64,000 nt of DNA, taken from Candidatus Latescibacterota bacterium (GTDB lineage: Bacteria; Latescibacterota; UBA2968; GCA-2709665). Of this stretch, positions 1 through 10,134 are shown in pieces. The translations under genes were made by a program, and so were the position numbers. The stretch is from the NCBI GenBank assembly GCA_965203805.1, contig OZ241917.1, forward strand, positions 2,784,001 to 2,848,000, in the 5' to 3' direction. Positions within the stretch are counted from its first letter, which is position 1. Every line of letters starts with the position of its first letter. Below the pieces are notes generated by a model. It was not told where the DNA came from, made no database searches, and worked only from the letters and a program-made list of their open reading frames with translations.

Positions 1-73
1 AACGGATCTCTCGTGTAATGCGCGGCCTCCATACGACTCGCCGACGGGAAAGACGCCAGCGGCGGGGAATCCG

Positions 74-3000
74 TCAACCCCCGAGGCGATAGGAAACGGC
101 CAGCTTCACCCGCCGGCCCTTCGGATCGTGGGTAAAACCGTCGTAGGCCTGCTCGATGTTTACGAGCGGGGGCCTCTTGTCAAGCAGATTCATGCCGGAA
201 AGCGCGATATTTATCCCGTTGGGCATGTTCCACAGGAACGTCGCGTCCCATGTCAGATAAGACCCGATGGTACCGAATATGCTCTTGATCTTCGAATTAT
301 CCGAACCCATCGAACCGCGGTCCTCGTAGGATGAAATATAGTTCAGATAGCTCGCGATACTGTAGTCCTGCCAGTAATAGCTCGCCGATATCCGTCCCTT
401 GAACTTGGGAAGGGACGTCGCGATGGGATTGCCGAAGTTCAGGTAGCCGGCGGCATCCGCGCCTTCCTGGAGCGTCAGGCCGCCCAGCATCAGGGCCTTT
501 GTCTCGTACTCCAGCGTATAGGTGCCCTCCAGGCCTGCCGCAAACAGACCCGCTCCCTGCTGCACCCGCGTACCCAGATGCAGATCGATTCCCGACGTCT
601 TGAGGCCCGGCCAGTTCACGATATCGACCTGCACCCGCTCGAGTTCCGATGCCGCGCATGTGCCGGTGCCGATCCCGTCCGGACACACGATGAACTGCTT
701 AAGCGCGTCCTTGTTCGCCTCGTCCGCGTACAGGGCGGTTATGGCGCCGTGGGGCATCGAACCGATCACGTCGCTGAAATCATAGCTCCAGTAGTCGAGT
801 GTCGCCTCAAATCCCGTTTCCGTGACGAGGGCCAGGCCCGCGTTAAACGTAAACGCCCGTTCCGGTTTGAGGTCCTTGTTTCCAATACGATCCACCGTCT
901 GATACGCGCCCGTCTCGTTGATCCACTCGAGCGTGGAAAGCGGGCTCTCGTTGACATCGTCCAGCGATGGCGTGCGGAACGTCGTCTGCACCGAGCCGCG
1001 CAGGAACACGGACCGGTCCGGAGATTCGGTGAGTTGATAACGCCACCCGAACTTGGGATCGAAACTGCTCGCCACGTCGTGGAACTCGTAGTTGGCGGCA
1101 AGTTGCACGTCGAACCGCTCGCCAAGGCTCAGTGGCGTCTCGGCAAAGAAACGATGCACCGTCTGAGACTCATCGTAGGGCCGGTGCACGTTGGTAAACG
1201 CGTAGGGACCGAACCTGTCCTCCGCGGAGCAGTTCCTGTCGCCCACAACCGGACACGGATTGATCGTGACGTCGCCCTCGTCGTTGGGGTCCCCGCTGGC
1301 GTTGAACAGGCGGAACTGGTAACCGGCTGCGTAACTGGCCACATCCTTGATCCAGGTTCCGGTCAACGTTGCGTCGGCCACCAGCATGTCGGCGCTGCTT
1401 TGCATATCGACTTCCTGGTTCAGCCACTGCCGAAGTTCGGCGCTGTTGGCCAGCGCGGCCCGGTAATCGGGATTGGCGCGGGATGCAAATGCCGAACCGT
1501 GTTGATCCGCGTACTCGATGGCGTTGCCGAAGGGATTGTAATACTGGCAGTCGCCCTGACCCGCCGCCTTTCCATTGAGCGGGCCGAGCCGCATCCCGGC
1601 AAGGGACGTCCGGTCCGCCACCACGCCAACGCCGCAGCGCGGCCCGCCGAAGCCCCGGAAGCCGAGGAACAGCCGCTCAATGTACACACCCGGCAGATTG
1701 TAGTTGCCCTCGGTGCGGGAATAGGACACAGCCAGGTCAAATTGATTCTCCCGGTCGCCGAACGCCGTGAAGTCGCCGTTCAGAGAAGCCGCCATGCGCC
1801 ACGTGCGGGCGTCCCGGTCCAGTATGCGCCCGGGGCCCGAGTTTCCGAAGGGACGGCCGTTGAAATACCAGTTCTCGTCTCCCTGGCAAGCCTCGTAGTA
1901 GGGATGGTTCGGGTCGGCGCCGTAGTCGTCGCAGAACGCACCTCTGCCAGGGTGTTCGGGCGCAACCTCCATGATGCTCGTGTCCGTGAGGGGAAACGGC
2001 GGATACGAAGGCGTTGTGTACCATTCGGGAATTTTAGCCTGCGCCCAAAGCGCCTCCACGTGATATTCCGCCCCGTTGTCCAGCTCCCCGTTGATCTCGG
2101 CGAAAGCCCGGGTATGATTCATGTCCTCAATGAGATTCTCATATTGCTGATAACGGAAGCGGCAGGTCCAGGACTCCCGGAAGCCGCCGAATTCCTCGCA
2201 GCGCGGGGCGTGGATGGCCGCGGTCCATGGGGCAGGGGCGCCGATGGCGAACGTGCCGGGATTCCCCAGGCTCGACCACCCCAGTCGCTGCCCGCCGCCG
2301 TGCCACGGCTGCAACAGAAAGTCCCTTTCCCAGGACGGCAATGCCTGGCGTCCCCTCCACTCGGCGGAAACAACCGCGTGGGCCTCTCCGAGTTTCCCGC
2401 CCCAGATCGCGCCGGCATTGGTATCGCCGGCGCCCGGGAAGTACTCGTGCGCCGCCGAGACTTCGAAGCCTTCGAAATTTCCGCGAGTGAGGAAATTGGC
2501 CACGCCGCCCACCGCGTCCGACCCGTAAATGGCGGAAGCCCCTTCCTTCAGCACTTCGACCCGCTCAATGGCAATAGAGGGAATCACGTTGACGTCGACG
2601 AAGCGACCTCCGATCAGACGCGCGGGTACGTAGGTCTGGCGCCGGCTGTTGATGAGCACCAGCGTACGCGACGCCCCCAGGCCCCGCAGGTTGACGTTCG
2701 CGATGCTTTCGGTGAGCGTGGCGGCCTGGCCTGAATTGTACCAGCTGCTGCGTTCCCCGATCACGCCGTGGCTCGCGCCCAGATTTTTGAAGAAATCAAC
2801 GGCCTGGGGCGATCCCTGCTCCGCCATCTCCTCGCGCCCGACCGCCACAACCGCGTACGTCTGGTTGATGGGAGATTTCTTGAAGGCCGTGCCTGTCACC
2901 ACGAGTTCGTCCATAAAAAGCAGGGACAACTCCATACGCAACGCGACAGTAACGGTCGCGCCCTCGGTGACAGTGATCGCGCGGGGTTCGCCCTTGTAGC

Positions 3001-3250
3001 CGATGAGTTGCACGCTCAGTTCGTGGGCGCCGGCAGGTACGTCCCGGATGGTAAAGCGCCCTGCCGCGTCCGACACCTCGACCATGTTCAAGGCCGCTAT
3101 GGACACGTTCGCCCCCTCCAGCGGGTCCCCGCTTTCACCGTCGACCACGGTACCCGTAACCGTACCTGTCGACTGCGCCGCCACCCCCTGCGCGGAAAGG
3201 AGAATGGCTGCGCAAACCAGAATCGACAGAAACATCACTTTAACCTTCAT
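74..3250 (-). CDS. TonB-dependent outer-membrane receptor with N-terminal carboxypeptidase-regulatory-like domain
   Basis: 1058 aa; signal peptide; GTVTGTVVD..PLEGANV domain; TonB-box-like ELVVTGT; plug motifs NLRGLGASRTLVLIN and ERVEVLKEGASAIYGSDAVGGV; C-terminal barrel strand ending YRLGG. Confidence 0.95.
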   Translation of the reverse strand: MKVKVMFLSILVCAAILLSAQGVAAQSTGTVTGTVVDGESGDPLEGANVSIAALNMVEVSDAAGRFTIRDVPAGAHELSVQLIGYKGEPRAITVTEGATVTVALRMELSLLFMDELVVTGTAFKKSPINQTYAVVAVGREEMAEQGSPQAVDFFKNLGASHGVIGERSSWYNSGQAATLTESIANVNLRGLGASRTLVLINSRRQTYVPARLIGGRFVDVNVIPSIAIERVEVLKEGASAIYGSDAVGGVANFLTRGNFEGFEVSAAHEYFPGAGDTNAGAIWGGKLGEAHAVVSAEWRGRQALPSWERDFLLQPWHGGGQRLGWSSLGNPGTFAIGAPAPWTAAIHAPRCEEFGGFRESWTCRFRYQQYENLIEDMNHTRAFAEINGELDNGAEYHVEALWAQAKIPEWYTTPSYPPFPLTDTSIMEVAPEHPGRGAFCDDYGADPNHPYYEACQGDENWYFNGRPFGNSGPGRILDRDARTWRMAASLNGDFTAFGDRENQFDLAVSYSRTEGNYNLPGVYIERLFLGFRGFGGPRCGVGVVADRTSLAGMRLGPLNGKAAGQGDCQYYNPFGNAIEYADQHGSAFASRANPDYRAALANSAELRQWLNQEVDMQSSADMLVADATLTGTWIKDVASYAAGYQFRLFNASGDPNDEGDVTINPCPVVGDRNCSAEDRFGPYAFTNVHRPYDESQTVHRFFAETPLSLGERFDVQLAANYEFHDVASSFDPKFGWRYQLTESPDRSVFLRGSVQTTFRTPSLDDVNESPLSTLEWINETGAYQTVDRIGNKDLKPERAFTFNAGLALVTETGFEATLDYWSYDFSDVIGSMPHGAITALYADEANKDALKQFIVCPDGIGTGTCAASELERVQVDIVNWPGLKTSGIDLHLGTRVQQGAGLFAAGLEGTYTLEYETKALMLGGLTLQEGADAAGYLNFGNPIATSLPKFKGRISASYYWQDYSIASYLNYISSYEDRGSMGSDNSKIKSIFGTIGSYLTWDATFLWNMPNGINIALSGMNLLDKRPPLVNIEQAYDGFTHDPKGRRVKLAVSYRLGG

Positions 3251-3348
3251 AGCGCCTCCTCGCCTTATTCTATCAGGCTAACCGAAGAGCCGGTGCGCAT
3301 GCCCGGCCGCGGGTGCGGGTTCGATACCCGCACCGTGTGTGATTTGTT

Positions 3349-4923
3349 TCAGATCGTTTCCCGCGTTTCCCCGCGCAGCCCTCGCCAGACGCAGAACGCC
3401 ATTCCCAACAGGACGATGGTGAACGGGAGGCCGGTCGCCAGCGATGCGGCCTGCAGGGCCTCCAACCCTCCGCCAAGCAGGAGCGCGATCGCCACCAGAC
3501 CCTCGATCGTGCACCAGAATACACGCTGCGCCACCGGAGCGTCAACCCTGCCTCCGGCGGCAATCGTGTCGATGATCAGGGATCCGGAATCCGATGACGT
3601 TACGAAAAAGACAATCGTCAGTAGCATCGCGACACACGAAAGCAGTGCCGACGCGGGGAGTTTGTCGAGCATCTTGAACAGTGCGATCTCAAGCTTCCAT
3701 GCGTCAATATTGCCGGTAACCCCGGTGTAGCCCTCCACGATGTGCTGGTGGAACGCGGTGCCGCCGAAAGCGCCGAACCACAGCAGGCACAACAGTGTGG
3801 GCATCAGCAGCACGAAGACGACGAACTGGCGAACCGTGCGCCCCTTCGAAATACGGGCGATAAACGTCCCCACGAAAGGCGCCCAGGCGAACCACCATGC
3901 CCAGTAGAACGTGGTCCAGTCTCGAACGAATCCGGTATCCTCGCGCCCGATCCAGTTGCTGAGAGGACCGATCTTTGCCAGGTATCCGCCAAACCCCTGT
4001 GCGACGCTGCGGAGCGCGTATGCCGTGGGACCGAGCACGATCACGGCGAGCAACAGGACCAGCGCGAGGATTACGTTGAACTGGCTGAGGCGTTTGATGC
4101 CGACGTCGATACCCGTCAGCACCGAGGCCAGGGCAATGGCGGTGATCGCCGCGATGATCATAACCATCGTGGCGCTGCTCACGGGAATTCCGAATAGATA
4201 GTTGAAGCCGGACGCGACCTGCTGAACCCCGAGGCCGAGGGAGGTGGCAAGACCGAACAGTCCCGCGAAAATGGCAAACGTGTCGATGACGTGGCCTGGC
4301 CACCCCCAGACCCGGTCGCCAATAAGGGGATGGAACGCGGATCGGATCGTAAGCGGCAATCCGCGGTTGTACGCGAAGTACCCAAGCGCAAGTCCTACAA
4401 CGCCGTAGATCGCCCAGCCGTGCAGACCCCAGTGAAACGTGGTTGCCGCAATGCCGGAAACGGCGGCCGCTTCCGTTCCGGGGGCGATGTCCAGCGGCGG
4501 GTTCTTGAAGTAGTAGACCGGCTCCGCCACTCCGAAAAAGAGAAGACCGATGCCCACGCCGGCCGCAAAGAGCATGGCAAGCCAGGTCGCGTTGGAATAT
4601 TCCGGTTTCGCGTCCGCGCCGCCAAGGCGGACGCGTCCCAGCGGCGAAACGGCGATGTAGAGGCAGAAGAGCACCACGATATTGGCGGCGCTCATAAAGA
4701 ACCAGTCGAGATTCGTAGTCAGCCACAGCCGCGCATCTTTGAAGACCGCGGTCGCGGCTTCCTGAAAAACAAGCGTCCCCAGGACAAATACGACGATCGT
4801 AACACTGGAAATCACGAATACCGGCGTCAGATAGATTTCAAGTCCGAACAGCCTGTGGTGCTGCGCGTTGTCCTGTAGGTGTTCACCCTTTGCGAGCACG
4901 AAAGAACCCCCAACTCTGGACAC
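3349..4923 (-). CDS. BCCT family (betaine/carnitine/choline) transporter
   Basis: Motifs WLAMLFAAGVGIGLLFFGVAEP, FHWGLHGWAIY, WTTFYWAWWFAWAPFVGTFIARISKGRT, FFVTSSDSG; about 12 TM segments; start may be the GTG at 4899. Confidence 0.95.
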   Translation of the reverse strand: MSRVGGSFVLAKGEHLQDNAQHHRLFGLEIYLTPVFVISSVTIVVFVLGTLVFQEAATAVFKDARLWLTTNLDWFFMSAANIVVLFCLYIAVSPLGRVRLGGADAKPEYSNATWLAMLFAAGVGIGLLFFGVAEPVYYFKNPPLDIAPGTEAAAVSGIAATTFHWGLHGWAIYGVVGLALGYFAYNRGLPLTIRSAFHPLIGDRVWGWPGHVIDTFAIFAGLFGLATSLGLGVQQVASGFNYLFGIPVSSATMVMIIAAITAIALASVLTGIDVGIKRLSQFNVILALVLLLAVIVLGPTAYALRSVAQGFGGYLAKIGPLSNWIGREDTGFVRDWTTFYWAWWFAWAPFVGTFIARISKGRTVRQFVVFVLLMPTLLCLLWFGAFGGTAFHQHIVEGYTGVTGNIDAWKLEIALFKMLDKLPASALLSCVAMLLTIVFFVTSSDSGSLIIDTIAAGGRVDAPVAQRVFWCTIEGLVAIALLLGGGLEALQAASLATGLPFTIVLLGMAFCVWRGLRGETRETI

Positions 4924-5297
4924 CCGGGCCGTTTGGCAGCCGCGAAACTTCGGACTCTGCAGGCGGGAGGGGTTTCCCGATATTTCACTGGGTCCGTACT
5001 ACAATATCAGTATAAAACCGCAATCAGGCAACCCCGCAGTCAGTCGTTGCGTCCGCTCTCATTGGGGAATCCGTGACGCGTTACGACCTGATCAAGAAAA
5101 TCCTGAAGACTCCCGGGGTCAGGAACCCAGCCTGCCAGACGAATGGACGATGAGTGAAACGGATCCGATTAAATCTTGTCAATACAGCCACGTTTCTCTA
5201 TCTTTTGAATTGTCGACGAATCGGTGAGCCGATCCGACGGCACGACGGGACCGGGTTCGTGTTCAGATAGTCGGCGGCGGGCTGACGACACGTATAT

Positions 5298-5756
5298 TTG
5301 GAATTTTACGGGCCTGCCGAAACGACGCCGTACGAGACCCACCAAAGATGCAAATGCTGTCTCACACGACTCGCATCCATGCTCGAGAAACGACCGGCGC
5401 CCGACAACCCTCCATTCAGTTATCGGATCGATCGACGTGAGGCCGTATTTTTCAGACGCGTCAGCCAGGCCGAGTTCGAGAACATACGAAAGTCCAATCA
5501 GCTTGAACCAGAACCGGGCGGCACGGAATCCGGAAAGCACCTGACAACAACATCGGATCTCGCGGAGAAATGGGGAATCCAATGGGTGGAATCCGGGTGG
5601 GAGGACGCGATTGGTATTGTCCTAGAAGTGCGACTGCCCGCAGCCACCGCGAAAGAAATAGACTTCGTAGGCTCCAGAATCGATGGAATTGGCGCGTGCT
5701 ATTTTGCCCGATTCGACCAGTTGGTATGCGCGAAATTACGGGAGGCCAAAGTATGA
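5298..5756 (+). CDS. Putative ADP-ribosyltransferase-fold toxin domain protein (start uncertain; in-frame ATG at 5379)
   Basis: FRRVSQAEF...GKHLTTTSD...VLEVRLP pattern resembles Rhs C-terminal ART toxins; ATGA overlap with next gene; AT-richer region. Confidence 0.5.
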   Translation: MEFYGPAETTPYETHQRCKCCLTRLASMLEKRPAPDNPPFSYRIDRREAVFFRRVSQAEFENIRKSNQLEPEPGGTESGKHLTTTSDLAEKWGIQWVESGWEDAIGIVLEVRLPAATAKEIDFVGSRIDGIGACYFARFDQLVCAKLREAKV

Positions 5757-6112
5757 TCCGCAAGCTCGTGGCGGAAGTGCGTTTCTCTCAGGAGGCACGT
5801 GAGTTCTGGCCGGAGAAGGTCTTGACTGCCGTGGCCCATCTGGCCGACGACAACGAACAGGCGGGGCCATGGTCGATGCGCGCCGAACTATGGAGCCCAC
5901 CTGATCGAAGTGGAATTGCGCTTGCCTGGATATCTTTTCTTTCACCCGACGCTCCCTTTACTGCACTTCCCCTTAACACGCCGTTTGAGCTTACATTGGG
6001 ACATACAACAATTGCCAGATGTATTATTTCTGTTCACCCTAGTTGCGGTTTGCCTTATCGTGAGAATGACTTCGTAAACCATCCCAAAAGCCCGATACGA
6101 AACGCGGCTTAG
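5753..6112 (+). CDS. Hypothetical protein, putative immunity protein with EF-Tu domain III-like beta-barrel pattern
   Basis: 119 aa; ATG overlaps the upstream TGA; C-terminal ISFLSPDAP..LPLNTPFELTLGHTTIARCII resembles the EF-Tu C-terminal strands. Confidence 0.5.
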   Translation: MIRKLVAEVRFSQEAREFWPEKVLTAVAHLADDNEQAGPWSMRAELWSPPDRSGIALAWISFLSPDAPFTALPLNTPFELTLGHTTIARCIISVHPSCGLPYRENDFVNHPKSPIRNAA

Positions 6113-6113
6113 C

Positions 6114-6836
6114 ATGTATCTGACAGTCCACAGAGTCGTTTCGCCAAATTCGGAACGCGGAATAAATGGCGCGGTTTACAGACACGATACGGATCGACAA
6201 GATCCGATCTGGATCTCTCCGGACCTTGAAGACATTTCTTCAAATAACCTCGGAACTCAAATAAAGTGTCGTACCGATATCAAACCTGGCGAGAACGCCG
6301 TCGAATGCTTCCTGGATATTGCATTTCCCGATGATTTTTCCGAATGCGAAGTAACAGACGCTCTCAGCCGATTCCGCCAGACAATTCATTCGATCAGTAC
6401 AAAACGAACTTTCGATATGGTCGCGATAGAATTCGTTGTGAATCCCGTCAGTCGGGGAAAATTACGTGACAATTTCGACCAACTCTCAACGGCGGCCGTC
6501 GATCTGTTCAGGAACCGCAATCGTCAACATCCCCCAACAATTCCGCCGCTTGAGATTATTGAAACGGCAGATGATGAATACAGATGTTTTGAACTCAACC
6601 AGGAGAGCAAGCGACGACTTCGAGGTAAATTCGGTTCCAATGTAAGGACTGACCGGGTCAGAGTGCCTTTCCACGTCGACACTGAATTCAGAAAGCTATA
6701 CGGCGATGTCTACCCGTTTGTGCTTGAGTGGACTACCGCCAAGTCGAGATCGGATTTGGCCAAACTCGGTGGTATTAGAATTTCGCGAAATGGTAAACGC
6801 GTATGGGAGTGGATCCCACACGAAATTTCTACGTAG
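6114..6836 (+). CDS. Hypothetical protein (240 aa)
   Basis: Starts 1 nt after the previous stop; long ORF in AT-richer DNA, so unlikely spurious; no motif recognised. Confidence 0.7.
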   Translation: MYLTVHRVVSPNSERGINGAVYRHDTDRQDPIWISPDLEDISSNNLGTQIKCRTDIKPGENAVECFLDIAFPDDFSECEVTDALSRFRQTIHSISTKRTFDMVAIEFVVNPVSRGKLRDNFDQLSTAAVDLFRNRNRQHPPTIPPLEIIETADDEYRCFELNQESKRRLRGKFGSNVRTDRVRVPFHVDTEFRKLYGDVYPFVLEWTTAKSRSDLAKLGGIRISRNGKRVWEWIPHEIST

Positions 6837-7239
6837 CGCATTGGATCATCCGACTTGCCACTTTCCAGATCTGGCGATTCGCAATTGAAAATCCGCGACA
6901 GAATCGCTTTCGGCCAGGCATTTCAAACCTTCCGACTTCAAGCCGTTCGACATCCAGGTTGATATCAATGCCCCACGCCGGGTCAGATTCTTGCCCTCCG
7001 CACCTCGGGCACGATCTGCGCTGAAACCCTTTCGATTCTGCCCTCCTCCCCTGCGTTAGTACGTTAGCGCACCTGCCCATTCTCTCCTACCGGTAGTCAT
7101 AGAGATCCACAGACCGAAATCGCGCCAGATCGACGGTATTGTTGCAAGACGGGCTGAATGCCCGGCGACTGCCAGCATGGCTGACAGCCATAACGTCGAG
7201 CCTCGAATCTCAACGTTTGCGAGCCGCGATCCTTCAATA

Positions 7240-8556
7240 TCAGGCTTCGCGGGTTTCGCCGGCGCGTATCAACGCCTGTTTCATCGCGATCGGGCCGATC
7301 ATCTGATTGACCGCGATGACGGCGACGATCACGGTCACGAAGGCGTCGCCCCAGCCGGGAAAGCGCCGGCTGACCTCCAGGGCCAGGCCCAGGCTGACGC
7401 CGGCCTGTGTGAGGTAAGTCAGGCCCGCGAGACGGTTGAAGCGCGGCGGGTCGCCTCCGAGGCGGCCACCGGTGTACGCGCTCATGTAGATGGCGCCGGC
7501 TCTCACGCCCACGAGCAGAATCGCGATGGTCCACGTCTGCAACAGGGCCTCCAGGTTCAGGCCCGCTCCGGCCAGCGTGAAGAACAGCACGTACACGGGA
7601 AGGCTGACGGACTCGATCGCTTCTATGAAGCGGGAACCCTGCCGGGAGACGTTCTGTACGGTGAAGCCCGCGGTAACGCAGATCAGCAGAGGTTCCAGAT
7701 GAATGCTGAGGCCGTAAGCCGCTTTGAGGTACGCGGCGAAGCCGTGCGAGATGCTGGTCACCAGAAGGGCCGTGCCCAGCAGCAGGAGCGGAAGGTTCGC
7801 CCGGACCCGGTCGATATAGTATCCCAGCGCCAGCCCCACGACCAGACCCGCGCCGATACCCAGGAGGACTTCCACGCTCAGGGCGGCGATGAATCCCGGG
7901 TCCAGGGCGGCGGCGGGAGACATCACGACCTCGCAGAAGGAAACCGCGGCGCCGAACAGCACGATCACCAGGACGTCCAGCGCCACGGTGACGCCCAGCG
8001 CGGTTTCCGTGAACGGACCCATCGCCCGCGTCTCGTTGATAATCGCGATGGCGCTGGACGGCGACCGCGCCACGGCCAGAACGCCAAAAAGCATGCCGAC
8101 GGTGAGTACCTGAAAACTGGTGAAGGAGGCTGTGAAAGGAAGCAGCGGTGCGGCAAGGAACACGAAGACGCTGACGATGATGAAGACTACGGTGGTCTGG
8201 GAGAGAATCGAAAGAAAAATGACGCTCATCCGCTCCCTGAGTTCGGCAACCCGCAATTCACCTCCTGCCGCCAGTGCAATAAATGTCACCGCCAGTTCAT
8301 TCAGGAAGCCGAGTTGGCCGAGGGCTTCTCTCGTGAGGAAGCCCAACAGGTACGGCCCCGTGAGCATTCCCACGCAGAGGTATCCCGTGATCCGCGGCAG
8401 CCGCAGTATGGAGAGGAAATGGCCCGCCAGGTAGCCTGAGAGCAGGAGCAGACCCACTACCAGGGTGGTGTATGCGCCCGGCGCGACTCCCGGGGGAGTC
8501 GCGCCGGCCCACGCCATGAGCAGACTCAAGGCGATAAAGACGAGAATCAGCCTCAT
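7240..8556 (-). CDS. Cation:proton antiporter (CPA-type) subunit
   Basis: Polytopic; LPRITGYL..GML.GP, SPSSAIAII, VALDVLV, YVLFFTLAGA, QAGVSLGL. Confidence 0.9.
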   Translation of the reverse strand: MRLILVFIALSLLMAWAGATPPGVAPGAYTTLVVGLLLLSGYLAGHFLSILRLPRITGYLCVGMLTGPYLLGFLTREALGQLGFLNELAVTFIALAAGGELRVAELRERMSVIFLSILSQTTVVFIIVSVFVFLAAPLLPFTASFTSFQVLTVGMLFGVLAVARSPSSAIAIINETRAMGPFTETALGVTVALDVLVIVLFGAAVSFCEVVMSPAAALDPGFIAALSVEVLLGIGAGLVVGLALGYYIDRVRANLPLLLLGTALLVTSISHGFAAYLKAAYGLSIHLEPLLICVTAGFTVQNVSRQGSRFIEAIESVSLPVYVLFFTLAGAGLNLEALLQTWTIAILLVGVRAGAIYMSAYTGGRLGGDPPRFNRLAGLTYLTQAGVSLGLALEVSRRFPGWGDAFVTVIVAVIAVNQMIGPIAMKQALIRAGETREA

Positions 8557-9740
8557 GGGACTTTTCCCAGCAGGCGTCGCGTGGAGGCAGGAGCGATGAG
8601 TTCGCTCAGGATGATGCCCGGCAGCACGACGGAAATCACGGCGTCTGTCAACTCGGAGCGGTGGATCTGGTGCAGGTTGACCACGATGGCCACGGCCATT
8701 CCCCCGTGAGAAAGCAGGCCGAGGCCCAATTGGCTCAGCGCGCGTGACCCCGGCAGAAACAGGCGAACGGAGACGAACCCGCCAACGGTCTTGCCGAGTG
8801 TCCGGACGAGGACATAGACGGGCACGAGCGCCAGAATCCAGACCGACTCAATTCGCCATCCGGCGCCCACCAGGATCAGAAAAATGATGTAGATGGAGTG
8901 TTCTCCCCTCAGCAGTACGCTGCGAATACCCGCTCTGGCGCGACCTCTCGCCAGGTTTGCGACAATCGCGCCCGCAATAAGATTGACGAGCAGTGGAGAA
9001 AGGCTGAGATACAGCGCAAGGCCACCGGAAAACGTAATGGCGCCGATCACGACCAGCAGCATCTCGTCATCCCTGAGGCGATAGGTGGTGAGGGCGACGA
9101 CCAGCAGACCGACGGTAACGCCGAGTCCCGCGGAGACGCCGATCCAGAGAAGCGTGGACGCGTCCGCGTGCAGAACGGCCAGGCAGGAAATAAGGCCGAA
9201 GGCGGTGAGACCGACGACGTCGTCGATATTGGACACGTTCGTGAGAAGCCGCATCAGGGGCCGCGCGCGAGACGGGGTGTCTCGTGCGAAAAGCGTCAGA
9301 CCGCTGGAAGCCGTGCCGGATGCCGCGGCGGCCAGTGTGACGGCGGCGATGACCAGGAGGTCCGTTTCGTAAGAAAAAAAACGGCTGAACAGCAGGAAGA
9401 AGGGTACGGCGACAACAAAGATGGTGATCATGCTCTGGACAAGCGCGACGCCGAAGACCCTCGGGGGAATGTGACTCAGTCGTCGAAACTCCCACTGAAC
9501 GCCGAAGAGCATGCCGATCCACGAGAGACCCATGCCCAGGAACGGATAGAGACCGTCGAGGGTCTTCGTGTCGAGCAGATCGAGTACGGCCCCGCCGAGA
9601 AGAAAACCGACCAGGACGAATTCGATTCCGGTGAGAAAGAGATTCCGGACGCCGAGGGGCAGGCGGATATGGACGAAACTGAGGCGGGAGCCAACGAATG
9701 CGATGGCGACGATCAGAATGGCGGCGAAAACCAATTTCAT
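8553..9740 (-). CDS. Second cation:proton antiporter-like membrane subunit
   Basis: Polytopic; NIDD motif, LSPLLVNL, HGGMAVAI; 4-nt overlap with neighbours. Confidence 0.8.
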   Translation of the reverse strand: MKLVFAAILIVAIAFVGSRLSFVHIRLPLGVRNLFLTGIEFVLVGFLLGGAVLDLLDTKTLDGLYPFLGMGLSWIGMLFGVQWEFRRLSHIPPRVFGVALVQSMITIFVVAVPFFLLFSRFFSYETDLLVIAAVTLAAAASGTASSGLTLFARDTPSRARPLMRLLTNVSNIDDVVGLTAFGLISCLAVLHADASTLLWIGVSAGLGVTVGLLVVALTTYRLRDDEMLLVVIGAITFSGGLALYLSLSPLLVNLIAGAIVANLARGRARAGIRSVLLRGEHSIYIIFLILVGAGWRIESVWILALVPVYVLVRTLGKTVGGFVSVRLFLPGSRALSQLGLGLLSHGGMAVAIVVNLHQIHRSELTDAVISVVLPGIILSELIAPASTRRLLGKVP

Positions 9741-10072
9741 GGAGGCTCTTGACCTTCCGGACCAATGCAGAAATCGACGGGCAACAGAAAGAGTCTCCCG
9801 ACGCCGGGCTGCTTGAAGTCGACGCCTGTTTCTCTGAAAAGCCGAACGAGCGGCTCGAGCAAGGCGCGATCATCGAGGGGCGCCGCGATGGCGCTGGACC
9901 GACCGGGTCCGGCCGGCAGCAGACCCGCGAAAATGGGCACTTCCTCGGCGAGGATTCGCTCCATGGCGGTTCCGTCAAGAACCGTCGCGCCCGTGATTTC
10001 CATTTCCACGAGACCGGAGAGGACCTCGTCGAGGAGGTCCTCGCGATAGAGTGTGATAAAGAGCAGTTGCAT
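9737..10072 (-). CDS. PII-like (GlnB-fold) small regulatory protein
   Basis: 111 aa; LDEVLSGL..ITGATVLDG..M and C-terminal PGVGRLFLLPV pattern of PII-like proteins. Confidence 0.7.
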   Translation of the reverse strand: MQLLFITLYREDLLDEVLSGLVEMEITGATVLDGTAMERILAEEVPIFAGLLPAGPGRSSAIAAPLDDRALLEPLVRLFRETGVDFKQPGVGRLFLLPVDFCIGPEGQEPP

Positions 10073-10134
10073 GGCAATAGTCGACCCGCCAGGGGGTACA
10101 GCCGGACCTCAAGCGGGATCGGGAGTCCCGGACC

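Noticed and set aside
578-2734. 718-aa plus-strand ORF, and similar long antisense ORFs (10334-11902, 25597-28260, 36628-38112, 53254-54948, 61575-62960)
   Set aside because: They lie antisense to well-supported genes in GC-rich DNA and have no motifs; shadow ORFs
3312-3334. ggtgcgggt-tcgat-acccgcacc hairpin resembling a tRNA T-arm
   Set aside because: No D-arm, anticodon arm or acceptor stem; a simple intergenic hairpin
6840-7200. Possible gene remnant (PAWGIDINLDVERLE on the minus strand, like an enolase-superfamily C-terminus)
   Set aside because: Too short to support without a search
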